Shown here piece after piece: positions 15,914-24,734 of a stretch of DNA of 28,761 nt. Origin of the DNA: an uncultured Nannocystaceae bacterium (GTDB taxonomy: Bacteria; Myxococcota_A; Polyangia; Nannocystales; Nannocystaceae); assembly GCA_964451725.1 (NCBI GenBank), contig CAYVJQ010000094.1, forward strand, positions 1-28,761. Reading direction: 5' to 3'. The position numbers and the translations under genes were made by a program. Below the pieces are notes generated by a model. The model was given only the letters and a program-made list of their open reading frames with translations. It had not been told where the DNA came from and ran no database searches. Each line of letters starts with the position of its first letter. Position 1 is the first letter of the stretch.

Positions 15914-17458
15914 CTACAAATTCGCGCGCACGCTGGGCAGGCGCATCTTCCAGAGGAAGCCGTCGAAATAGAAGTGGGCCATGGATTGATACACCCCCCA
16001 AAACCCCAGCCAGTACGAGGTCCGGTAGCCCCAGACCTCAGGCCGCTCGGCCTCGGGCATGATGTACCGGCCCCAGTATTTGAGCATCAAAATAGCGACC
16101 CCAAAGGCCAGGATCATGCCCACATAAAACACCAGCGGGTGCCGGAGCATGCGCCCGAGGGCCGGGTCGTGGCTGAGCTTGCTCTGGTAGCGACGGCGCT
16201 GAAAGGCCCAGACGAACACGCAGTACTCGAGCGCGTGGCTGAAGGCGAAGGCCATGTAGACCTTGACCGGATCGAAGACGAAAAAGCACAGCGCCAGGCC
16301 CGTGGATCCCGCGACCATGAGCAAGCGCGGGGCGCTGCGCAGCTTGTTGGCCCGCCACTCGGCGCGCAGCCATAAAATGTAGACCACGGCGACGAAGGCC
16401 GTGGTCAAGGGCACGGTCACGGGCATGGCCTGCTCGAGCAGGTCGATGAAGCCCGGGAGCACAGCGGCCGCGCTGTGAAAGTAGTCGACCGCGACCTTGC
16501 GGTACACGGGCCCGAGCCAGGCGAAGTACAGGGGCAGCCAAGACAGGAGCAGGAGCTTGTCCATGGCGCCGGGCGTGCCGGGCTGTACGGGCGCCTTGGC
16601 GTTGTACATGCGCATGATCCCGTACTTCTGCATGTACACGTGCCAGAAGTTCCACAGCGCCGCGAACACCCCGATCAGCGCCAGGATGCTGGTCATCGCC
16701 ACGCCGCCGCTGGCGAGCAGGGGCTCCGCGAGCAAGGCCGCGCCCATGAGCGCGACGATGCACAGGGAGGCGATGAAGCCCCGGCCTCCCGAGACCGCGA
16801 TCGCCTGCTCGCGCGGGGGCCCGCCGGACTCGCTCGATGCACCCCTCTCACCGGATGCGGACGGACCGGGCTTGCTGGAGCGCCCGCGCAGGCGCTGCCA
16901 GTCGAACCAGGTCGAGGCGAACAAGGCCGCGGCGAACCACCACCACGCCGGGTCCAAACCCAGGGTGCCCAGAGACAGCAGGTGGAGCCCCGCGGCCGCG
17001 CCCATGGCCGCACCGAGCACCGCGATCAACTCGGCGTTGGGGACCGCGTCCGGGCCCCCGTCACGACGCAGGATCTGAAGCAAGACCACGAGCATGGCCG
17101 CCATCGCGCAGACCCCCGCGGCGCTCAACACCCATCCGCTGTGGGCCAACCACGGGCTCGCCAACCACGCGCCGAAGAGCAGGGCCGGGAACAGCCAAAA
17201 CCGAGCGGGGTAGCGCTCGCGGACCTGGCGATCGGCGTAGACGTAGGGCAGGCCGATGTGCCGGTGGAGGTCGCTCAGCGCGATGATGAGCAGGTACACC
17301 CCCAGGTAGTCCTTGCGGCCGTCACCCGCGAGCACGAGGGGGACGAGCACGAACACCCAGCTGAACGCGTAGGCGCTCAGGTCGACCAGGGGAGAGATGT
17401 GCCAGCCCGCGACCTTTTGGTCGGGGGCCGGAATACGGAACGCGGCGCGCAGGCCCAT
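15914..17458 (-). CDS. Polytopic integral membrane protein of unknown function
   Basis: There are more than 10 hydrophobic segments. Recurrent His/aromatic motifs occur at helix ends (DLHRHIGLPYVY, WNFWHVYMQKYG, FSHALEYCVF, SMAHFYFDGFLW). The start is placed at the ATG at 17458 (MGLRAAF...). The longer track ORF would run into the gap gene and its promoter. Confidence 0.65.
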   Translation of the reverse strand: MGLRAAFRIPAPDQKVAGWHISPLVDLSAYAFSWVFVLVPLVLAGDGRKDYLGVYLLIIALSDLHRHIGLPYVYADRQVRERYPARFWLFPALLFGAWLASPWLAHSGWVLSAAGVCAMAAMLVVLLQILRRDGGPDAVPNAELIAVLGAAMGAAAGLHLLSLGTLGLDPAWWWFAAALFASTWFDWQRLRGRSSKPGPSASGERGASSESGGPPREQAIAVSGGRGFIASLCIVALMGAALLAEPLLASGGVAMTSILALIGVFAALWNFWHVYMQKYGIMRMYNAKAPVQPGTPGAMDKLLLLSWLPLYFAWLGPVYRKVAVDYFHSAAAVLPGFIDLLEQAMPVTVPLTTAFVAVVYILWLRAEWRANKLRSAPRLLMVAGSTGLALCFFVFDPVKVYMAFAFSHALEYCVFVWAFQRRRYQSKLSHDPALGRMLRHPLVFYVGMILAFGVAILMLKYWGRYIMPEAERPEVWGYRTSYWLGFWGVYQSMAHFYFDGFLWKMRLPSVRANL

Positions 17459-17768
17459 CGCCGAGAACCTAACAGCCTGCGTCGGGCGCGAGAACCGAAC
17501 AACTCGCGGGGAGATCAGCAGCCAAAGATCATCTTGAGACAACCGAGCGACAGACCTTGGGTACGTGGACAGACGAAGCGCGCGTAACGCGGAGCCCCTT
17601 TCATTCTCCCCAACTGCTATGGTGGCCATGGTCTTGTGTGGCTCGACCGATTGGGTCCCCCTTCCGCATCCACCCCAATCGGTCAGGCCCCGGCCACCTT
17701 GCAAGTTTTGCGGTCGGTTCTGGGCGAGGGTCTGCGAGACCCGCGCCGAGGAGTTGTAGAATCCGGGC

Positions 17769-18773
17769 GTGACTACCCGCATCGGGATCAATGGTTTTGG
17801 ACGCATCGGGCGCGCCGTGTTTCGCATCGCCCACGCTCGCGAGGACATCGAGGTCGTCGGTATCAACGATCTCGCCGACCCCCACGACCTCGGATACCTG
17901 CTCGAGTACGACTCGGTCCACCGTCACTTCGGCGAGCCCGTGGGCGCGGCCGACGACGCCCTGATCATCGGGGACCGCAGGATCCCCTTCACCCGAGAGC
18001 GAGACCCTGCGCAGATCCCCTGGGGCCGCTACGGCGTGGACGTGGTGATCGAGGCGACTGGCGTGATGACCAAGCGCGAGGACGCGGCCAAGCACATCGA
18101 TGGCGGGGCCAAGCGGGTGCTGATCTCGGCCCCGGCCAAGGGCGAGGACGCGACCTTCGTGCTCGGCGTCAACGCGGGCGACTTCGATCCGGCGAACCAC
18201 AGCGTGGTCTCGAACGCCTCGTGCACCACCAACTGCCTCGCGCCTGTGGCCAAGGTCCTCGAGGACAGCTTCGGCGTGGAGCACATGCTGATCACCACGA
18301 TCCACGCCTACACGATCAGCCAGGCGATCCTCGATAGCCCACACCCCAAGGACCGACGCCGCGGGCGGACCGCGGCAGCCTCGATCATCCCGACCTCCAC
18401 GGGTGCCGCCCGGGCGACCGCCAAGGTCATCCCCAGCCTCGCCGGCAAGCTCGACGGCATGGCCCTGCGTGTGCCCGTGCCCAACGGCTCGGTCACCGAC
18501 ATCGTGGTCACCCTGTCCCGCGACACCACCATAGACGCCGTGTTGACGGCCCTGCGTGAGGCCGCCGCCGGGCCCATGAAGGGCATCCTCGACGTCAGCG
18601 ACGCGGAGCTCGTGTCCGCGGACATCATCGGCAACCCCTACTCTTCGATCATCGACGCGAAGAGCACCATGCAGATCGGGGCCCGGACCTTCAAACTGCT
18701 GAGCTGGTACGACAACGAGTGGGGCTACGCGAACCGCTGCGTCGACATGGCCGCGCTCATCGGCGGGGCGTGA
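17769..18773 (+). CDS. gap: Type I glyceraldehyde-3-phosphate dehydrogenase
   Basis: MTTRIGINGFGRIGR, the catalytic SNASCTTNCLAP motif and WYDNEWGYANR are all present. The start is GTG. Confidence 0.95.
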   Translation: MTTRIGINGFGRIGRAVFRIAHAREDIEVVGINDLADPHDLGYLLEYDSVHRHFGEPVGAADDALIIGDRRIPFTRERDPAQIPWGRYGVDVVIEATGVMTKREDAAKHIDGGAKRVLISAPAKGEDATFVLGVNAGDFDPANHSVVSNASCTTNCLAPVAKVLEDSFGVEHMLITTIHAYTISQAILDSPHPKDRRRGRTAAASIIPTSTGAARATAKVIPSLAGKLDGMALRVPVPNGSVTDIVVTLSRDTTIDAVLTALREAAAGPMKGILDVSDAELVSADIIGNPYSSIIDAKSTMQIGARTFKLLSWYDNEWGYANRCVDMAALIGGA

Positions 18774-18854
18774 TTCGAGCGATCCATCTCGGCGCTCGAG
18801 CGCCGCGGCCTCGAAGCCGTTGAAGTCGAAGGTGGCGACGGGCACAATGTCGGG

Positions 18855-19202
18855 ATGGATCGACCCGCCCGGACCCTGACCTTCGTCGTCGGCACCAGTT
18901 TGCTGACCGCCTCGCTCGCGGTCGCCACGACGGCCTGCTCCAAACCCACGACCAATCCGGGGCCCGAGTCCACACACGAGACTCCAGAGGCCCGAGAGAC
19001 CGACACGGACAAATCCGAGGTCTCGGTGAACCCCGAGCCCGAGCCCGAACCGAAGCCCGAGCTCGAACCGAAGCCCGAACCGGAGCCCGAGCTCGAACTG
19101 GAGCCCGACCACGTCAACCCGGGTCCCGAGCCCGAGCCCGACCACGTCAACCCAGGTCCGGAGCCCTCGGTGAACCCAGCGCCCGAGCCCAAGCCCGGCT
19201 GA
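18855..19202 (+). CDS. Small PE-rich lipoprotein with HVNPGPEP repeats
   Basis: The signal peptide and lipobox are TLTFVVGTSLLTASLAVATTAC. A low-complexity PEPEPKPELEPK segment follows, and DHVNPGPEPEP occurs twice. Confidence 0.55.
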   Translation: MDRPARTLTFVVGTSLLTASLAVATTACSKPTTNPGPESTHETPEARETDTDKSEVSVNPEPEPEPKPELEPKPEPEPELELEPDHVNPGPEPEPDHVNPGPEPSVNPAPEPKPG

Positions 19203-19245
19203 GCCGGCGTTTGCCTGACCCAAACCTGTGCGGGATGATGCAAGC

Positions 19246-19686
19246 ATGAGCACCGACCGTCATTTGACCGTTGTCGTCGGGACGAGCCTGCTGGCCGCGT
19301 CTCTGGCCCTGACGACCGCCTGTACCGACGGCGCGAGCGACAACGCCGGCGCGAGCGACAAAGCCGATGCTGGCGACAAAGCCGATGTCGGCGACAAGGC
19401 CGGCGCCGGCGACAAGGCCGACGCCGGCGACAAGACCGACACCGGCGCCGGCGACAAGGCCGGCGACAAAGCCGACGCCGGCGACAAGACCGACACCGGC
19501 GACAAGACCGACGCCGGCGAACAAGAGCCGGACGTGAGCCCTGTTCCTGAGCCCAAACCAGACCCAAAGCCCCTCGAGAAGGCCGTCGAGCCCATCCACG
19601 TCAACCCGGGACCGGATCCGGTCCCCAAAAAACCTATCGTCGATGTCCCCAAGCACACCAACCCGGGACCCGAGACTATCGACTAG
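19246..19686 (+). CDS. Paralogous small lipoprotein with GDKAD(A/T) repeats and HVNPGP/HTNPGP motifs
   Basis: The signal peptide LTVVVGTSLLAASLALTTAC is nearly identical in pattern to that of the preceding gene. It carries 18-nt-period GDKADA repeats and a C-terminal IHVNPGPDP...KHTNPGPE. Confidence 0.55.
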   Translation: MSTDRHLTVVVGTSLLAASLALTTACTDGASDNAGASDKADAGDKADVGDKAGAGDKADAGDKTDTGAGDKAGDKADAGDKTDTGDKTDAGEQEPDVSPVPEPKPDPKPLEKAVEPIHVNPGPDPVPKKPIVDVPKHTNPGPETID

Positions 19687-19692
19687 AGCCCG

Positions 19693-20586
19693 ATGAGCGC
19701 CGACTCTCAGGGCATCGCGTCGATGTTGGCGCCGGCGCGCGAGCGCCTCGCTCGGGTCCACCGCAACCAGGTTCACCGCGATCCCTGGCCCGATTTTTCG
19801 AGCTTCGATGCGGGGCCTTGGTCGGCCGAGGACCGCCGCGCCGCAGCCCTCCAGTGGGCAGGGCGGGCCCGCAATGAACATGGCTCCGTGCACCAGTTCT
19901 CGGAGCTGTGCCACGTCCTGACCACGGCGCGCATCGAGCTCGAGGTCCTCGGCTGTCTGGCCCGACTGATCACCGACGAGATCCGCCACACCGAGCTGTG
20001 TGCGGCGCTGGCCCTGGCGATCTGGCCCGAGGGCTCTGAGCGAGAGCCCAGGGTCTTCGCCTGGCCCGAGCCCCAAACCCCCTGGTCGAGCGCGCCCGAT
20101 TCGGGCGCCGAGGCGACCCTGGCCTGGGCCGCGTCGGCGATCCTGACCTCCTGCTGTCTGGGCGAGACCCTCTCCAAGCCCATGCTCGAGGCCCTCGCCG
20201 TGGTCTCGACCGAGCCCCTGGCCGAGGCCGTGAGCCGGCAGATCCTCCGCGACGAGCACCTGCATGCGCGCTTCGGATGGGAGATGTTGGCCCTGCTCCT
20301 GCCCCGCCTCGAGGACAGCTCGAAGGCCGAGCTCCAGGCCCAGCTGGCCCGCAATCTCGCCGGCTTCGAGCGCTCCGTGTGCCGGGAGCTCTCGATCGAG
20401 GATGTCGCCGGCCGGACGATCGAGATTGTGCGCGGGGAGCCCAACTTGGGGGTCCTGACCGGGGAGCAGTACGCGATGATCTTCTACTCCTGTCTCGAGG
20501 GTGAGATCTTCCCAGAGTTGATCACCCTGGGCTTCGACCCGGCCCTGGCCTGGTCCCAGCGACCGGCGCGTCCCTCCGCCACCTGA
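19693..20586 (+). CDS. Ferritin-like (putative di-iron) domain protein
   Basis: Two ExxH-type motifs sit on predicted helices (ITDEIRHTELC and ILRDEHLHARFGWE). The protein is all-helical. It starts 6 nt after the preceding stop codon. Confidence 0.65.
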   Translation: MSADSQGIASMLAPARERLARVHRNQVHRDPWPDFSSFDAGPWSAEDRRAAALQWAGRARNEHGSVHQFSELCHVLTTARIELEVLGCLARLITDEIRHTELCAALALAIWPEGSEREPRVFAWPEPQTPWSSAPDSGAEATLAWAASAILTSCCLGETLSKPMLEALAVVSTEPLAEAVSRQILRDEHLHARFGWEMLALLLPRLEDSSKAELQAQLARNLAGFERSVCRELSIEDVAGRTIEIVRGEPNLGVLTGEQYAMIFYSCLEGEIFPELITLGFDPALAWSQRPARPSAT

Positions 20587-20592
20587 ACGCGC

Positions 20593-21420
20593 TCAAGCGA
20601 GCCACCCCAGGACCAGCGGGCGAAGCATGAGCACGCCGCCGACCACGAGCATCACGAGCACGAACCAGCGCACGATGTCGGTGCCCTTGGCGACCTGCCA
20701 GCGCGCCCCCACCCACGCTCCGAGCATGGTCGCCAGGGCGAGCACCCCCGCGGGCAGCCACGCGACCTGGCCGGCGAGCGCAAATACGGGCAGGGCGATC
20801 AAGGTGTAGCCGAACACCAGGCCGACCTTGGCCGCGTTGGCCCGGATGAGGTCATAGCCGAGCACGCCGCTGAGCAGGGCGATCAGGGGGAAGCCCACCC
20901 CCGCCTGCAGAAAGCCTCCGTAGAGGCCCACAGCGCCCGCCAACACATAGGTCACCGGGGTCGGCTCGCGCTCCTCGTCCGGCGGGTGCAAGAAGCGATC
21001 GGGCTTGACCAGCAAGAGCACCGCCCAGACCAGCAAGAGCACACCGATCAGGGGGCGAAACAGGGCGTCGTCGAGGCGGGTGGCGAGCCACGAGCCGACC
21101 AGGGCGCCGAGGATCACCGGCGGCGCGAGCCGGCGAGTCAGGGCGTGGGGGCGGACCCCTTGTTTGTGAAAGGTCGCCGCCGCGACCCCAGTCTGGGCCA
21201 ACACCGCCACCCGGATGGTGCCGTTGGCGGTCCCGGCCGGGAGCCCCAGCCCGATCAAGATCGCGAGGACCAAGAACGAGCCCCCGCCGGCCATCACATT
21301 GACGACTCCAGCGACGAGTCCGGCGACCACGAGCAGGCCCAGGTCCAGCCAGGGATCACCCAGCAAACTCACCCCACCGAGGTCGGGCGGGGCAAAGGCC
21401 GCGAGCACCTCGGGTCTCAT
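20593..21420 (-). CDS. TauE/SafE (DUF81) family anion exporter or permease
   Basis: The sequence VAGLVAGVVNVMAGGGSFLVLAILIGLGLPAGTANGT is present, with about 8 TM segments showing the internal repeat typical of the family. The start is taken at the ATG at 21420. Confidence 0.85.
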   Translation of the reverse strand: MRPEVLAAFAPPDLGGVSLLGDPWLDLGLLVVAGLVAGVVNVMAGGGSFLVLAILIGLGLPAGTANGTIRVAVLAQTGVAAATFHKQGVRPHALTRRLAPPVILGALVGSWLATRLDDALFRPLIGVLLLVWAVLLLVKPDRFLHPPDEEREPTPVTYVLAGAVGLYGGFLQAGVGFPLIALLSGVLGYDLIRANAAKVGLVFGYTLIALPVFALAGQVAWLPAGVLALATMLGAWVGARWQVAKGTDIVRWFVLVMLVVGGVLMLRPLVLGWLA

Positions 21421-21628
21421 CGCGCGGACGCTAACACGGGCTCGAGCGGCTCGATGCAGGGCCACTCCCAGCCTCTCGAGCCCGGTTCCACGCCAGCGTC
21501 GCTCGCCCCGTCCGCGCGGCCTCGCGCTTGCGATTCGAAGCGGAGTGGCCGTTCAGGATCGTCCGATCTTCTGGATCTTCCGGATCTCGCGCGCGCCCGG
21601 GCCCGTGGGCGGGACTAGACTCGAAGCG

Positions 21629-22240
21629 GTGGATCACCGACCCCGAGACGAGGCCGAGACCCGGGATCATCGCCACGCCGGGCGAGCGGCCCGGGTCGAT
21701 CGGGGGCTCCTCGCTGGAGTCTGCGCCCGCGAGCCCGCGGCCCAGCGCGCCTTTTACCTGCGCCATCAAGCCCGGGTCTCGGCTCAGATCTTGCGCATGA
21801 CCAGCGATCCCACCTCGGTCGAGGATCTTCTCCAGGAGGTGTTCATCGCGGCCTTCAACGGGGTCGGCCGATTCAGGGGTGAGAGCGAGGTCGACACCTG
21901 GATGCACACGATCGCGGCCAACAAGGTCCGCAACTGGTGGGAGTCCAACCGCCGCCGACACCGTCGAGAGTGCTTCGCCGCGTCCCCTGACACGGGCGAG
22001 ACCCCAACCCCAGACCGAGACCTCGAGGTCCTCGAGCACCGGGCGCGCCTGTGTCGGGCCGTGGGCGCGCTGGCCCCGAAATTTCGAGATGCCTTCAACG
22101 CCCGGGTGATCGGAGGCCTGAGCCTGCACGAGGCCAGCGTCGCGCTCGGGGTTCCGGTCAGTACGGTCTCCCATCGCACCCGCCGTGCCGAGCGGATCCT
22201 GTGCCAGGCCCTCGACATCGAACCCGACCCCGCGCTCTGA
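21629..22240 (+). CDS. ECF (sigma-70 group IV) RNA polymerase sigma factor. The start is uncertain (GTG 21629 or 21605).
   Basis: Region 2 is present (SVEDLLQEVFIAAFNGVGRFRGESEVDTWMHTIAANKVRNWW). The region 4 HTH is present (FNARVIGGLSLHEASVALGVPVSTVSHRTRRAERIL). The 5' part of the track ORF (from 21215) is antisense to the TauE gene. Confidence 0.8.
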   Translation: MDHRPRDEAETRDHRHAGRAARVDRGLLAGVCAREPAAQRAFYLRHQARVSAQILRMTSDPTSVEDLLQEVFIAAFNGVGRFRGESEVDTWMHTIAANKVRNWWESNRRRHRRECFAASPDTGETPTPDRDLEVLEHRARLCRAVGALAPKFRDAFNARVIGGLSLHEASVALGVPVSTVSHRTRRAERILCQALDIEPDPAL

Positions 22241-22437
22241 GTTCGGTTCTCTCTGCAGAACTCGCCGCAGGCGGGGGCAGCGTGCTTGTTCGCCGCGATC
22301 CGGGCGCATCCGCCCTCGCTCTCGCCGCGTGGTTCATTCTCGCCCAGGTCCGCAAGCGCACACCTCGAATTCACCGATCTTCTCGGCTCATTTCTACGCT
22401 GCTTGGAATTCCTCATCGAGGGTCTGTCCAAAGGGCG

Positions 22438-23568
22438 ATGGCCCTCGCCCAATCGAAAACCCTCGCCCGCAGCGCGCTCTTGCTGCTCGCCGCGCTCCCC
22501 CTGACCTTCTCGGCCTGCAAGGGCGACGACCCCCAGTCCGAGTCGAGCACCAGCGCGAGCGACGATGAAGTCGGGACCACCACCGACACCGGGGATGGCG
22601 AGGCGGGCGAGGCGGGTGAGGCCGGCTCTGCCGAGAGCAGCACCGGGGCCGACGCGGACACCACACAGGGCGACTCCACGGCCGAGACCGAAGCCGAGAC
22701 CAGCCTCGACACGGAGGGCGGGGCCGCCTGCGGTGACGGGGTCATCGACGAGGGCGAGGAATGCGACGACGGCGACGACAACGGTGAGACCTTCGCCTGC
22801 CTCTCAGACTGCACCCTCAACATCTGCGGCGACGGCTTCGAGGGCCCCGAGGAGGGCTGTGACGACGGCAACCTCGAGAGCGGGGACGGCTGCTCGGCCA
22901 CCTGCCTGCTCGAGGGTCTCGACCCCGAGGCGATCTTGTGTGGCAACAAGGTGTTCGCCTGCGGTGACACCATCGACAACGACGACGACGGCAAGATCGA
23001 CCTCGCCGACCCAGAGTGCATCTCACCCTGCGACGACAACGAGGCCAGCTTCCAGACCGACCTCCCGGGCCAAAACAACGACTGCAAGGCCGACTGTTAC
23101 TTCGACGACAACTCCGGCGGGGGCGACGACAAGTGCGAGTGGAACCTCAAGTGCGACCCGGAGAACCCGGGCGCCCAGGTCGGCTGCGAGTACGACCCCG
23201 ACTTCGGCATGTGCGAGACTCAGATGCCCCCCGAGTGCCTCGACTTCTGTGTGCCCTTGGTCCCCAACGGCTGCGACTGTTTCGGCTGCTGTGAGATCGA
23301 AGGCCAGTTCATCTACCTCGACTCGAGCCCCGATTGCTCACTCGACAACCTCGAGGGCTGCGAGGCCTGCACCTTCTTCGAAGACTGCAACAACCCCTGC
23401 ATCCCCGAGGACTGCGAGCTGTGCTTCGGGCAGGACCCGGACGACCTGCCCGAGGAGTGCGACGAGCCGACCTGCCCCGAGGGCCAGACCTCCTGCGGCG
23501 GTCAGGGAGACTGCGCCTTGGGCGAGTTTTGCCAGGCCGGCTGCTGCTTCCCCATCGACCCCCAATAG
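22438..23568 (+). CDS. Cys-rich secreted lipoprotein with Myxococcus-type cysteine-rich repeats
   Basis: The signal peptide and lipobox are LLLLAALPLTFSAC, followed by an acidic linker. The repeats are CGDGVIDEGEECDDGDDNGETFACLSDCTLNICGDGFEGPEEGCDDGNLESGDGCSATC. A further Cys-dense C-terminal domain follows. Confidence 0.75.
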   Translation: MALAQSKTLARSALLLLAALPLTFSACKGDDPQSESSTSASDDEVGTTTDTGDGEAGEAGEAGSAESSTGADADTTQGDSTAETEAETSLDTEGGAACGDGVIDEGEECDDGDDNGETFACLSDCTLNICGDGFEGPEEGCDDGNLESGDGCSATCLLEGLDPEAILCGNKVFACGDTIDNDDDGKIDLADPECISPCDDNEASFQTDLPGQNNDCKADCYFDDNSGGGDDKCEWNLKCDPENPGAQVGCEYDPDFGMCETQMPPECLDFCVPLVPNGCDCFGCCEIEGQFIYLDSSPDCSLDNLEGCEACTFFEDCNNPCIPEDCELCFGQDPDDLPEECDEPTCPEGQTSCGGQGDCALGEFCQAGCCFPIDPQ

Positions 23569-23595
23569 CGGGGCTCCACAATAGCGAGACTCGCC

Positions 23596-24624
23596 CTACT
23601 CGCTCACGGAAGCGAGCAGGGCGGGGTCGTCGGTCATGATCCCGTCGACCCCGCGACCGATGAGCTCCTCCATCAGCGCGGCTCCGTTGACCGTCCAAGG
23701 GTGGACCTTGAGATCCAGTGTGTGGGCCCGCTCGACAAATTCCTCGCTGCACAGGTCCCAGGGCGGCTGAATGAAGTGACACGGTGGCGCGTACTCCGGG
23801 TCGTCCATGGCGGCCACGAAGGCCACCATCTCCCCGGTCGACATGGCCGTCTGCAAGTCGAGAGGTGAAGCGCGCACAGCCTCGATGGTCGCGTCGTTGA
23901 AAGAGGCGACGACCACCCGCGTGCCGACATCGTGGGCCTCGAGCAGGGCCAAGACCGCCGGCACGATGTCCGGCTCGGACTGCTTGATCTCCATGAGGTA
24001 GACCGCGTCGGGGAAGGTCTCGAGGACCTCCTCGAGGGTCGGCACTTGCACCCCCATCGCTCGAAAGGGGTGGGTCTCACCGCCGTCGGGGCTGAAGTCG
24101 TAACCCGCGTCGAGCTCCCGCAGGGCCTCGAGGCTGAGCTCGCGGATCAACCCCGAGCCGTCCGTGGTCCGGTCGACCGTGTCGTCGTGCATGAGCACCA
24201 CGACCCCGTCGGCGCTCGCGTGCAGATCCATCTCGATGACCGCTGCGCCAACGGACAGCGCGTGGGTATAGGCGATCAGGGTCTCTTCGGGGCGCAGCGC
24301 ACCGCCCCCGCGATGGGCGATGTTGATGAACTCGTCGGAGCGCAGGAGCTTCTCGGGTGCGACGCCGCCCTCACCCGTATCGTCTTCGGACCCGGTCTCG
24401 GTCTCGGTCCCTGTCCCGGTCTCGGTCGCGGTCCCTGTCTCTGAGCTGCTCTCGGTCTCGGTCTCGGTCGTGTCGACCCCGGACCCGATCTCGGTATCCG
24501 CGTCCCCTTCATCCGTGCTCGGATCTCCCCCACACCCACACAGCGTGGACAGACCCAGACTCAGACTCAGGGCCCACATCGACGGGGCGGACAGCTGAAG
24601 CGAGAACCGGCGCGGACAATCCAT
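23596..24624 (-). CDS. Glycerophosphodiester phosphodiesterase (GDPD) lipoprotein
   Basis: The lipobox is LSTLCGC, followed by a TETE/acidic linker. The GDPD motifs INIAHRGGGALRPEETL...IEMDLHASADGVVVLMHDDTVDRTT are present. The start is taken at the ATG at 24624. Confidence 0.85.
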   Translation of the reverse strand: MDCPRRFSLQLSAPSMWALSLSLGLSTLCGCGGDPSTDEGDADTEIGSGVDTTETETESSSETGTATETGTGTETETGSEDDTGEGGVAPEKLLRSDEFINIAHRGGGALRPEETLIAYTHALSVGAAVIEMDLHASADGVVVLMHDDTVDRTTDGSGLIRELSLEALRELDAGYDFSPDGGETHPFRAMGVQVPTLEEVLETFPDAVYLMEIKQSEPDIVPAVLALLEAHDVGTRVVVASFNDATIEAVRASPLDLQTAMSTGEMVAFVAAMDDPEYAPPCHFIQPPWDLCSEEFVERAHTLDLKVHPWTVNGAALMEELIGRGVDGIMTDDPALLASVSE

Positions 24625-24734
24625 GCACTTGGATACCACGCTGCCGAAGAGTCTGGTCGCCGCCGTACTGGAGCCCCCGAGCTTAGGCGGCAAAGAGCGC
24701 GATCGCCCCCGCCACGGCCCACTCGAGCCCCCGC

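Noticed and set aside
17757-17771. TAGAAT -10-like hexamer 6 nt before the gap GTG, which would imply a leaderless gap mRNA
   Set aside because: There is no convincing -35 element at 17 nt. GAGGAG at 17749-17754 could serve as a distant Shine-Dalgarno element. The evidence is insufficient to call a promoter.
21215-21628. N-terminal 138 codons of the 341-aa ORF containing the ECF sigma factor
   Set aside because: These codons overlap the TauE gene on the opposite strand. The sigma-70 region 2 pattern starts only around 21690, so an internal GTG start is more plausible.
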